Origin: a virus
Lineage: Duplodnaviria > Heunggongvirae > Uroviricota > Caudoviricetes
Strand: one strand, 5' to 3'
DNA: 7,513 nt
IMG/VR virus record: IMGVR_UViG_2609460344_000015
Span: 1-7,513 of that record
Below, piece after piece: positions 1 through 7,415 of this stretch. How positions within the stretch are numbered: the stretch's first letter is position 1; every line of letters starts with the position of its first letter. The position numbers and the translations under genes were made by a program. The notes beneath the pieces are model-generated. The model saw nothing but the letters and a program-made list of their open reading frames with translations. It did not search any database and was not told the origin of the DNA.

Positions 1-38
1 ATATTTCAGCTGGCGAATAATATCCGACAGTAATCACT

Positions 39-61
39 CTGCGCAATAGCGCGGCCTTTTT
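39..61 (+). terminator. Possible small intrinsic terminator upstream of the esterase gene
   Basis: Stem CTGCGC (39-44) / GCGCGG (49-54) with one G-U pair, AATA tetraloop, then CC + TTTTT (57-61). Short stem; the context upstream of position 1 is not visible. Confidence 0.25.
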
Positions 62-163
62 CGTATTGCGGGCTGTTGTCTATCTTCTGCCATTATCCTG
101 TAACTTCCGGACTTCAGCCCGCTCCTCATTTTACTCACAATATTATCCAGGCCGGGAGGATTC

Positions 164-2124
164 ATGGCATTTAAACACTATGACGTGGTCAGGGCGGCGT
201 CGCCGTCAGACCTTGCGGAGCGACTGACACAAAAACTGAAGGAGGGGTGGCAGCCATTTGGCAGTCCGGTGGCCATCACGCCTTATACCCTGATGCAGGC
301 CATTGCGGCGGAAGGTGATGTCACCACACCTGTGGTGGTGAAGCCGTCGGATGGAGAAGGCGCAGTTATCAGCACCACCAGCAACTCGGAGTATTACTTT
401 GTTGTTGCCCTGGCCGGGCAGTCAAACGGTATGGCGTATGGTGAAGGGCTTCCGCTGCCGGAGACATATGACCGTCCGGACCCGCGCATTAAACAGCTGG
501 CGCGTCGCAGCACTGTCACGCCGGGTGGTGCGTCCTGTAACTACAATGACATTATTCCTGCGGACCACTGCCTGCATGATGTTCAGGATTTGAGTAAGTT
601 TTCACACCCGAAAGCCAGCGCAGCTCAGTATGGATGCGTGGGGCAGGGATTACATATCGCGAAGAAATTGTTGCCGTTTATTCCGGCGAATGCCGGTATT
701 CTTCTGGTTCCGTGCTGCCGTGGTGGTTCTGCATTTTTGGCGGGCGATGAAGGTACCTTCAGCGAATCCACCGGCGCAAGCGAGACCTCGGCACGCTGGG
801 GTGTAGATAAGCCACTGTACAAGGACCTGCTTACCCGTACTCAGGCCGCACTGAAGGCTAACCCTAAAAATATTCTGCTTGCAGTGGTCTGGATGCAGGG
901 CGAGTTTGATTTGAAACAGGGTGCATACGCCACTCAGCCGGGGCTGTTTGATTCCATGGTGGAAAAATATCGTTCTGACCTGTCGGAATTCGGAGGTCAG
1001 TGTCTCGGGGGCTCTCCGTCATCGGTTCCCTGGATTTGTGGCGACACGACCTACTACTGGAAGCAGACTTATTCTTCGCAATACGATGCGGTGTATGGTG
1101 CATACAAGACGAAATCCGCAAAAAAAATCTTCTTTGTGCCGTTTAGACGGATGAAAACGGGCGAAATGTGGGTACCAACGAGCCGTCAGAAGATCCGGAT
1201 GTTGCGGATATTGGGTATTACGGAGCCGGTGGTCGAACGGACGCCAAAACCTGGACGACGGCCGACCGTAAAACGCATTTTGGATCATGGGCACGTCGTG
1301 GGATTATTTCCGACCGTCTGGCAACGGCGATTCTTGTGCATGCCGGGAGAACCGCTGAATTCATTACCGGAAAACAGCCTGATACGGTGAAGCCCACCGG
1401 ACCTTCCGGTGAAGGTACGGAGAGAGAGCCGGAAGCCCCGGTCAGTAACCGAACCCTGATGAGTCTGCTGGCGTCCGGCGAAGACCTGGCATCACAGGGC
1501 TGGCGCTATTATCACAAACCGGCGAGCGGAGACAATGTTAACAAAAACATTGCTGAAGCGGTGGTCAGTGATGCGGGGGCTACGGGAGGTAAGGCCCTGC
1601 AACTGAATAAACCGGAAAACCACATCTGGTTTCTGGAGCATGATGCAGCCGGACAGGGAGTGGAGTTACTGAAGAAGGGGGGACGTGTGAGCGTACGGTT
1701 TAAGTTGCCGGGTTCACTGGTGCCGAATCGGTTTGCCCTGGGCATTTACTGGCAGTTGTCGTCCCTGCCGGAGGGAGTGACGCTGGCAGAGGAAGGCAAC
1801 GACATGCTGATGTCCTTCTTCCTGCAGACGGATGCGACGAACCTGAACGCGATGTACCACAAGAAGCCGAATGCGAAGCTGGATACGTTCGGGGTCTTTG
1901 ATAACGGATGGCACACACTGGCTTTTGAGTTTGCCGGAAACAACAGCATTCAGGTGACGCCGGTACTGGATGAGAAACGGGGGACGCCGTTCACACTGGT
2001 GAAATCTCCGGCATCAGGGGCGGCGGACAAACTGCAACTGACAGGCATATCAAAGGCGGCGACATATACGCTGCTGATTGACAGTGTGAAGGTGGAAGTG
2101 AACAACGCGGATGCCGCGGCATGA
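164..2124 (+). pseudogene. nanS-p: Prophage sialate O-acetylesterase (NanS-p / SASA family) split by a single-nucleotide frame break near 1145-1150
   Basis: SD GGGAGGA 153-159, ATG 164. N-terminal ORF (164..1390) contains the GQSN catalytic motif (FVVALAGQSNGMAYGEG) typical of SASA/SGNH esterases. Protein-like translation continues in the frame of ORF 1168..2124, which has TAG at 1144-1146 just upstream, while the 164 frame becomes Arg-rich nonsense until its stop at 1388-1390. The two parts sum to about 650 codons, matching my recollection of about 645 aa for intact prophage NanS-p. Confidence 0.7.
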
Positions 2125-2133
2125 TAAAAAAAG

Positions 2134-2162
2134 CCGCCAGCGGCAGGAACGGAAGCTGGCGG
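2134..2162 (-). terminator. Hairpin oriented as a minus-strand intrinsic terminator just downstream of the esterase stop
   Basis: 8-bp GC-rich stem CCGCCAGC (2134-2141) / GCTGGCGG (2155-2162), 13-nt loop; A7 at 2126-2132 on + gives a U7 tract after the hairpin on the - strand. No U-tract follows on +. Confidence 0.35.
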
Positions 2163-2259
2163 AGGTAATCCCAATGGAGAATGTAAAGAAAAGATGCTTT
2201 CGTATATCGGTTTTTTAAATGAAAGCAGTTCTCATTGTCAACCATAACGGTAAGAAACT

Positions 2260-2442
2260 ATGACATTTATTCATCAGGTGATGCTGTACTTCTGTACGGC
2301 GGTCTGTGTGCTGTATCTTCTTTCGGGTGGGTACAGGGCAGTGCGCGATTTCTGGCGCAGGCAGATTGATAAAAGGGCCGCAGAGAAAATCAGTGCCAGT
2401 CAGTCAGCCGGAACAAAACCCGAAGAGCCTCTCATTCCGTAG
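2260..2442 (+). CDS. Hypothetical small membrane protein (60 aa)
   Basis: ATG 2260 preceded by weak SD (taAGAAAct); translation has one hydrophobic helix (IHQVMLYFCTAVCVLYLLSGGY) then a charged tail. Not recognised by me. Confidence 0.4.
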   Translation: MTFIHQVMLYFCTAVCVLYLLSGGYRAVRDFWRRQIDKRAAEKISASQSAGTKPEEPLIP

Positions 2443-2479
2443 CAACTTTCTTAACAACACCTTTCAACGAGAAAATACC

Positions 2480-2749
2480 ATGTCAGAAATAAAATCGCTG
2501 GTCACTGCTGAAGCAGTGAAGGAAGTCCTGCGCTCTGAAGAAGTCAGAAGCGCACTGAAACAGCAACTTCGGCAGAACCTTGAGGCGCGTCTTGATGCAG
2601 AAGTGGATGCCATTCTGGATGAACTGCTGGGCGCACCGACTGTTCCGGAGCCGGAAGGCATTGCGGATGACAGTGCTGTTTCAGATGGCGTCGGGTCTCA
2701 GCCTGATGGTAGCAGTGAGCCTCAGCCTGACGGCGAAATGATGATGTAA
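2480..2749 (+). CDS. Hypothetical acidic protein (89 aa)
   Basis: ATG 2480 in frame with listed ORF 2306..2749; the upstream extension overlaps ORF 2260..2442 so the internal ATG is preferred. Translation MSEIKSLVTAEAVKEVLRSEE... is a helical N-half followed by an Asp/Glu/Pro/Ser-rich tail. SD is weak (GAGAAAA). Confidence 0.5.
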   Translation: MSEIKSLVTAEAVKEVLRSEEVRSALKQQLRQNLEARLDAEVDAILDELLGAPTVPEPEGIADDSAVSDGVGSQPDGSSEPQPDGEMMM

Positions 2750-2824
2750 CCATGCGCAGGGGCTGTCGGTGTGAGCTGATGCCCCTCTTGTTGTTGTGAG
2801 CTTCCGGATTGCGGGAGACGGGGT

Positions 2825-3040
2825 ATGTACCAGATGGAAAAAATCACAACAGGTGTGTCATACACCACGTCAGCGGTGGGAACGGGCTACTGGTTCCTGC
2901 AGTTGCTGGACAGGGTTTCCCCGTCTCAGTGGGCGGCAATAGGCGTGCTGGGGAGTCTGCTGTTTGGTCTGTTGACGTACCTGACGAACCTGTATTTCAA
3001 AATCAGAGAGGACCGTCGTAAGACGGCACGGGGAGAGTAG
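2825..3040 (+). CDS. S: Class II holin, phage 21 S-like (pinholin type), dual-start motif
   Basis: 71 aa; starts MYQMEK with Met1 (2825) and Met4 (2834); SD GGGAGA 2813-2818. Two hydrophobic helices and the C-terminal FKIREDRRK...RGE tail that I recall from phage 21 S and Stx-phage holins. Confidence 0.9.
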   Translation: MYQMEKITTGVSYTTSAVGTGYWFLQLLDRVSPSQWAAIGVLGSLLFGLLTYLTNLYFKIREDRRKTARGE

Positions 3041-3043
3041 GTG

Positions 3044-3124
3044 ATGAACCATGAAGAAATGAATCAGCGCTTCAGTCGTCTGGAAAATGAAATTGCTGAA
3101 CTGAATAAAAACTGTCGGCGCTGA
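3044..3124 (+). CDS. 26-codon leader ORF translationally coupled to the downstream moron gene
   Basis: Good SD GGGGAGAG 3031-3038 overlapping the holin stop, ATG 3044; encodes MNHEEMNQRFSRLENEIAELNKNCRR; its TGA (3122-3124) overlaps the ATG (3124-3126) of the next ORF. Confidence 0.3.
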   Translation: MNHEEMNQRFSRLENEIAELNKNCRR

Positions 3125-3600
3125 TGCCTTCTGAAGATGAAAAAAAACGCCGCGATGAGCAGTTTGCTGCGTTTGACGATTATTGTCGGAAAGTGATGAG
3201 CAGAAATCTCGCAGAGTGTTTCAGTATTCATAATGATAATTTCAGTGAGCTGGAATGGGAGTGTAACCGGCCATCCTTTGTTGTATCCGGTGATGCTGGG
3301 AAAATAACCATCTCAGAAAATGGGAAAGTAACACCTCCATCGCACCAGCACAGTGAGGAGCTCATTGAATTTGCCATTGATTACCTGAAGAACAATAAAA
3401 AGCAGGGGCTGATGAAGCGCGTTGGCCGTTGCATGGGATATCTTCAGGTAGCCGCTGAGATTGAAGCGCTGGCCAGTGGTGCTGATAAGGATGCAATTGT
3501 GCGGGAGGCTCTTCTTCGTGATTTTAATACTCCACCCTTTAAAAAAGTGCCGGCTTACTGGCTTCATCCGGGGCTGACTTATCTTAAAGTGCGTATTTAG
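3124..3600 (+). CDS. Hypothetical protein (158 aa), moron between holin and endolysin
   Basis: Uninterrupted ORF, no own SD (appears coupled to the leader ORF), no predicted membrane helix by eye, visibly lower GC than flanking lysis genes. Function unknown to me. Confidence 0.6.
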   Translation: MPSEDEKKRRDEQFAAFDDYCRKVMSRNLAECFSIHNDNFSELEWECNRPSFVVSGDAGKITISENGKVTPPSHQHSEELIEFAIDYLKNNKKQGLMKRVGRCMGYLQVAAEIEALASGADKDAIVREALLRDFNTPPFKKVPAYWLHPGLTYLKVRI

Positions 3601-3636
3601 TGGGCCAGGGACAGCGGCTGAATATTTAATATATCC

Positions 3637-4170
3637 ATGAACACCAAAATCAAATACGGCCTGTCGGCTGCCGTTCTGGCGCTGATTGCCGCTGGTGCGC
3701 CTGCGCCTGACATTCTCGACCAGTTTCTGGATGAAAAGGAAGGTAACCACACCACGGCATACCGTGATGGCGCGGGTATCTGGACCATCTGTCGCGGTGC
3801 CATTCTGGTGGATGGTAAACCTGTCGTCCCGGGCATGAAGTTGTCGAAGGAGAAATGCGACCAGGTTAACGCCATCGAACGTGATAAGGCGCTGGCATGG
3901 GTGGAGAAAAACATCAAAGTGCCATTGACCGAACCCCAGAAAGCGGGGATCGCGTCATTCTGTCCGTACAACATTGGTCCCGGTAAGTGTTTCCCGTCGA
4001 CGTTTTACAGACGAATTAATGCTGGTGATCGCAGGGGAGCATGTGAGGCGATTCGCTGGTGGATTAAGGACGGTGGCAGAGACTGCCGTATTCGTTCAAA
4101 CAACTGCTACGGTCAGGTATCCCGTCGTGACCAGGAGAGCGCGCTGGCGTGCTGGGGTATCGACAGATAA
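3637..4170 (+). CDS. R: SAR endolysin (phage lysozyme, GH24 muramidase, phage 21 R-like)
   Basis: 177 aa; N-terminal signal-anchor-release segment YGLSAAVLALIAAGAPAP followed by the lysozyme catalytic region EKEGNHTTAYRDGAGIWTICRG (Glu-Asp-Thr triad pattern). Pairs functionally with the pinholin upstream. Confidence 0.9.
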   Translation: MNTKIKYGLSAAVLALIAAGAPAPDILDQFLDEKEGNHTTAYRDGAGIWTICRGAILVDGKPVVPGMKLSKEKCDQVNAIERDKALAWVEKNIKVPLTEPQKAGIASFCPYNIGPGKCFPSTFYRRINAGDRRGACEAIRWWIKDGGRDCRIRSNNCYGQVSRRDQESALACWGIDR

Positions 4171-4260
4171 GCAGAATATTTTGCTGAAAAATAAGGCATG
4201 GCCACGCGGGCGGATAACATGAAATCCTGCGAACTGGCGAAACGTAAGTGAATAAAAGTA

Positions 4261-4299
4261 AAAACCCCGTTTGTTGGCAGCAAGCGGGGTTTTGTTTTT
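4261..4299 (+). terminator. Rho-independent terminator between endolysin and the small-ORF array
   Basis: Stem CCCCGTTTG (4265-4273) / CAAGCGGGG (4281-4289) with one G-U pair, 7-nt loop, flanked by AAAA (4261-4264) and followed by TTTTGTTTTT (4290-4299). Confidence 0.7.
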
Positions 4300-4364
4300 A
4301 TGGCAGTAAGCTATGGGAGGCTGCCTTGATTGATTTTAGCAAACTGATTAGGGAGTTGCGACTC

Positions 4365-4460
4365 ATGATTAGTCAATTACCAAACTGGAAATTTTTGCTG
4401 GTCTGGAGCATCCCTTTTTTATGGGTAGTATCCCAGTTAATTGTGGCAATTAAGGGGTAG
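4365..4460 (+). CDS. Small hydrophobic peptide P1 (31 aa)
   Basis: SD GGGAG 4351-4355, ATG 4365; MISQLPNWKFLLVWSIPFLWVVSQLIVAIKG is a single predicted TM helix. Lies in an AT-rich stretch. Confidence 0.3.
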   Translation: MISQLPNWKFLLVWSIPFLWVVSQLIVAIKG

Positions 4461-4462
4461 CT

Positions 4463-4594
4463 ATGTCAGACAAACTCATAACGCCGGCAAAGGTCCTGTG
4501 TGTGATTGTCGGTATTTCATTTTCACTAATGCTGGTTGCTCTTTTTCTGTCCCTCGCCTGGGTGATGTTGTCTTCGTCGGGGCTGCTGGGGTGA
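4463..4594 (+). CDS. Small hydrophobic peptide P2 (43 aa)
   Basis: SD AAGGGG 4452-4457, ATG 4463, starting 2 nt after the P1 stop; MSDKLITPAKVLCVIVGISFSLMLVALFLSLAWVMLSSSGLLG has one long TM helix. Confidence 0.4.
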   Translation: MSDKLITPAKVLCVIVGISFSLMLVALFLSLAWVMLSSSGLLG

Positions 4595-4596
4595 CA

Positions 4597-4713
4597 GTGA
4601 CTGATGACATCAGCAGAGCGCTGGCTTTTGCTATTAAGTGGGTGGCTGTTGGTATTGCTGTGTCTCCGATGCTGTATGGGCTGGCTAAACTGGTCATTGC
4701 GCTGAAATCGTGA
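4597..4713 (+). CDS. Small hydrophobic peptide P3 (about 38 aa, GTG start), paralogue of P4
   Basis: GTG 4597 (alternative GTG 4591 overlapping the P2 stop); VTDDISRALAFAIKWVAVGIAVSPMLYGLAKLVIALKS. Aligns with P4 across the N-terminus and helix. Start codon uncertain. Confidence 0.3.
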   Translation: MTDDISRALAFAIKWVAVGIAVSPMLYGLAKLVIALKS

Positions 4714-4724
4714 ACTTTAAAAAG

Positions 4725-4811
4725 ATGAGTGCTGAACTTATTCGGGCAATGGCATTTGCCATTCGTATTGTGGCCATTGCTGTTCTGGTCTGGGCAATCC
4801 GTTGGTGGTGA
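4725..4811 (+). CDS. Small hydrophobic peptide P4 (28 aa), paralogue of P3
   Basis: ATG 4725; [28 protein letters not shown]; stop TGA 4809-4811 lies 1 nt before the Rz ATG 4813. SD weak. Confidence 0.3.
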   Translation: MSAELIRAMAFAIRIVAIAVLVWAIRWW

Positions 4812-4812
4812 T

Positions 4813-5280
4813 ATGAACCGTGTTCTGTGTGTGGTGATTATTGTCCTGCTGGTAGCCTGTGGTGTGCTTAGTCTGGGGCTGAATCATTACCGCGATAACG
4901 CCATCACCTACAAAGCGCAGCGCGATAAAAAAGTCAGTGAGCTGAAACTGGCGAATGCCACTATTACTGATATGCAGCAGCGCCAGCGCGATGTTGCTGC
5001 GCTCGATGCAAAATACTCGAGGGAATTAGCCGATGCGAGAGCTGAAAATGAAACTCTGCGTGCTGATGTTGCCGCTGGTCGTAAGCGCCTGCGGGTCAAC
5101 GCCACCTGCCCCGGTACCGTGCGTGAAGCCACCGGCACCTCCAGCGTGGATAATGCAACCGGCCCCCGACTGGCAGACACCGCTGAACGGGATTATTTCA
5201 TCCTCAGAGAACGGTTGATGACAATGCAGAAGCAGCTGGAAGGGGCGCAGGAATATATCCGCACTCAGTGCCTGAAATAA
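4813..5280 (+). CDS. Rz: Rz i-spanin (inner-membrane spanin subunit)
   Basis: 155 aa; N-terminal TM helix then [16 protein letters not shown]...[16 protein letters not shown]...[24 protein letters not shown], closely matching lambda Rz as I recall it. Listed ORF 4729..5280 is an upstream GTG extension; ATG 4813 gives the lambda-like N-terminus. Confidence 0.9.
   Translation: MNRVLCVVIIVLLVACGVLSLGLNHYRDNAITYKAQRDKKVSELKLANATITDMQQRQRDVAALDAKYSRELADARAENETLRADVAAGRKRLRVNATCPGTVREATGTSSVDNATGPRLADTAERDYFILRERLMTMQKQLEGAQEYIRTQCLK
5033..5218 (+). CDS. Rz1: Rz1 o-spanin (outer-membrane lipoprotein spanin), embedded in the +1 frame of Rz
   Basis: 61 aa; lipoprotein signal with lipobox LVVSAC, Pro-rich mature part [32 protein letters not shown] matching lambda Rz1 as I recall it; entirely inside Rz. 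Confidence 0.85.
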   Translation: MRELKMKLCVLMLPLVVSACGSTPPAPVPCVKPPAPPAWIMQPAPDWQTPLNGIISSSENG

Positions 5281-5322
5281 GTTTTGTTGATGCGCCGTAT
5301 CGTCGCTGTATTCCCTCATTAA

Positions 5323-6227
<905 letters not shown>

Positions 6228-6234
6228 GGAGGTC

Positions 6235-6843
6235 ATGGTGGATAAGGGAAAAGAGATTATTGCAGTACGAAATGCAGCCTGCAACGAATACGGCGGGATA
6301 AACTGTGAGGTGCAGTTTGAAGATGCGGTCAATGAAAAAGGAGAGCAGGTATGGCTGCCGTATACCGCAACGGAAACGGATAATACAGAACACGGAAAAG
6401 CCTTGTGGTCGGGGCTGACAGCAGGAACATACGGAAGTGTGAGTGCCTTTGTTGCCACGGAAGCAATACTGGAAGCGGCAAAGGCGGCGAAAAGGGAAGA
6501 GATTAATATCTGGCGTGATGTGCAGGAGAATATGGAATACGTGATGGAATTCAACGGAAGGAACTGGGATTACGGCAAGAAGACGTTGTCCAGGATAAGC
6601 ACGACACGACTGATGGCAGAGAACAACCGTCTTCCGGAAGGGTTTGCCTGGACGGACGGGGATAATAATGTGGTGCCGGTAACGGCGGCGGAGATAATTG
6701 CGCTGGCAGATGCGACAGAGCAGGCGATGTTTGCGAAAGGTGTGGAGATTAATACACGTCAGCTTCAGATGAAAGCAGAGGTTGAGGCGCTGACAGAGCT
6801 GAAGGCGATCCGCAGTTATGTTGTCGGATGGCCTGCAAGCTGA
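6235..6843 (+). CDS. tfa: Tail fibre assembly protein (Tfa / Caudovirales tail-fibre chaperone family)
   Basis: 202 aa, immediately downstream of the tail-fibre gene; SD AGGAGG 6227-6232 overlaps the upstream stop (spacing to ATG 6235 is short, GTG 6238 is an alternative). Contains LPEGFAWTDG, resembling the LPENFTWLSPGG motif of lambda Tfa as I recall it, and a C-terminal ...VVGWPAS like the EWP ending of Tfa proteins. Confidence 0.65.
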   Translation: MVDKGKEIIAVRNAACNEYGGINCEVQFEDAVNEKGEQVWLPYTATETDNTEHGKALWSGLTAGTYGSVSAFVATEAILEAAKAAKREEINIWRDVQENMEYVMEFNGRNWDYGKKTLSRISTTRLMAENNRLPEGFAWTDGDNNVVPVTAAEIIALADATEQAMFAKGVEINTRQLQMKAEVEALTELKAIRSYVVGWPAS

Positions 6844-6845
6844 GT

Positions 6846-6873
6846 AAAAAAAACGGGACCACGGCCAGTCCCG
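6846..6873 (-). terminator. Intrinsic terminator for the minus-strand ykgJ-like gene (also caps tfa on +)
   Basis: Stem CGGGAC (6854-6859) / GTCCCG (6868-6873), 8-nt loop; A8 at 6846-6853 on + becomes a U8 tract directly after the hairpin on the - strand. On + only a weaker T-run follows (6884-6889). Confidence 0.5.
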
Positions 6874-6987
6874 GAACCATGAGTTTTTTAGGGTATTAGT
6901 TTGTTATCATAATTAGCGTGCTAAGTATGCCGTATCAGGCTGATTAGTGAAGTGATGTTGTTCGCATTTTTGCACGGCGGAGAATAT

Positions 6988-7317
6988 TCAGATTTTGGGA
7001 AATCCATATTTTTCCCGTGCGCGGTTACATGCTTCATTCGCGATGCCATTTTCGCCGGACATTGCGAATTCCCTGCATGTGGACGGACGGTTTTTGTAAA
7101 CAGAGCAATATGCGTTTTCACCGGGGGGGCCGGCCAGAGCGACACATCGGGGATTTTTCTGATTGGTGCCGCGCATACAGCGATGAAAAGGAGATATTTG
7201 CTCAGTGAGACTGACCGGGACGTTTCCGCCAGCATCATCGGCTTCAGCCCAGTAAAAAGAGACGCGGAAAAATGCACAACAGGCACCACACGTCATGCAT
7301 GGATTCGGATTGTTCAT
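6988..7317 (-). CDS. ykgJ: YkgJ-family cysteine-cluster protein (CxxCxxCC putative zinc/iron-chelating domain), chromosomal
   Basis: Minus-strand ORF; from the internal Met the product [31 protein letters not shown]... is 109 aa with the CxxCGxCC signature. The 19-codon upstream extension to ATG 7374 ([13 protein letters not shown]...) is encoded by a U-rich hairpin and looks non-coding. No clear SD at 7317, so the start is not certain. Confidence 0.7.
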   Translation of the reverse strand: MNNPNPCMTCGACCAFFRVSFYWAEADDAGGNVPVSLTEQISPFHRCMRGTNQKNPRCVALAGPPGENAYCSVYKNRPSTCREFAMSGENGIANEACNRAREKYGFPKI

Positions 7318-7334
7318 TTTTATACTATTTGTTG

Positions 7335-7370
7335 TTTTTTCAGCGATCAGATAAAAGGGCGCTGAAAAAA
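7335..7370 (-). promoter_or_regulatory. Hairpin in the probable 5' UTR of the ykgJ-like gene
   Basis: 11-bp inverted repeat TTTTTTCAGCG (7335-7345) / CGCTGAAAAAA (7360-7370) with 14-nt loop, 18-53 nt upstream of the chosen start on the - strand. Confidence 0.3.
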
Positions 7371-7387
7371 ACATTCTCCAAAATTAG

Positions 7388-7393
7388 ATTATA
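7388..7393 (-). promoter_or_regulatory. Candidate -10 hexamer (TATAAT on - strand) for the ykgJ-like gene
   Basis: Reverse complement of 7388-7393 is a perfect TATAAT with G at -14; no good TTGACA-like -35 at 16-18 bp spacing. Sequence match only. Confidence 0.3.
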
Positions 7394-7415
7394 ACTATTT
7401 GATTTTATGGATAGA

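Noticed and set aside
1120-1127. A8 homopolymer considered as the frameshift site of the esterase gene
   Set aside because: The downstream coding frame has TAG at 1144-1146, so a shift at the A8 run would terminate immediately; the break must be at or after 1147.
351-1294. Short ORFs inside the esterase gene on both strands (351..593, 625..822, 864..1121, 921..1154, 1019..1294)
   Set aside because: All nested within or antisense to the clearly protein-like esterase frame; translations are Arg/Cys-rich with no start context.
2306-2479. N-terminal extension of ORF 2306..2749 (147 aa)
   Set aside because: The extension overlaps ORF 2260..2442 in another frame and reads as low-complexity sequence; the internal ATG 2480 gives a coherent 89-aa protein.
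3313-3974. Minus-strand ORFs 3313..3750 and 3597..3974 and + ORF 3974..4222
   Set aside because: They overlap the endolysin and the 158-aa ORF, whose frames carry recognisable protein features; typical shadow ORFs.
4219-4251. 10-codon ORF MKSCELAKRK just before the terminator
   Set aside because: Too short, poor SD, and it runs into the terminator stem region; no support.
4326-4354. Possible sigma-70 promoter for the small-ORF array (TTGATT at 4326-4331 and 4330-4335)
   Set aside because: No acceptable -10 hexamer at 16-18 bp spacing (TAGGGA or GAGTTG); not reported as a feature.
4248-4590. Long forms of ORFs 4248..4460 and 4441..4713
   Set aside because: The 5' part of 4248..4460 spans the terminator hairpin, and the 5' part of 4441..4713 is non-hydrophobic nonsense overlapping the better-supported P2 frame; only the 3' portions are kept as P1 and P3.
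4729-4812. GTG-initiated upstream extension of Rz (ORF 4729..5280)
   Set aside because: Lambda Rz begins at the Met preceding the TM helix, matching ATG 4813; the extension is occupied by P4 in another frame.
6921-7374. Overlapping ORFs 6952..7365 (+), 6921..7289 (-) and the 7318..7374 extension of the ykgJ-like ORF
   Set aside because: Only the frame with the CxxCGxCC signature looks like a real protein; the others are Cys/Arg-rich shadows, and the extension is encoded by a U-rich hairpin.
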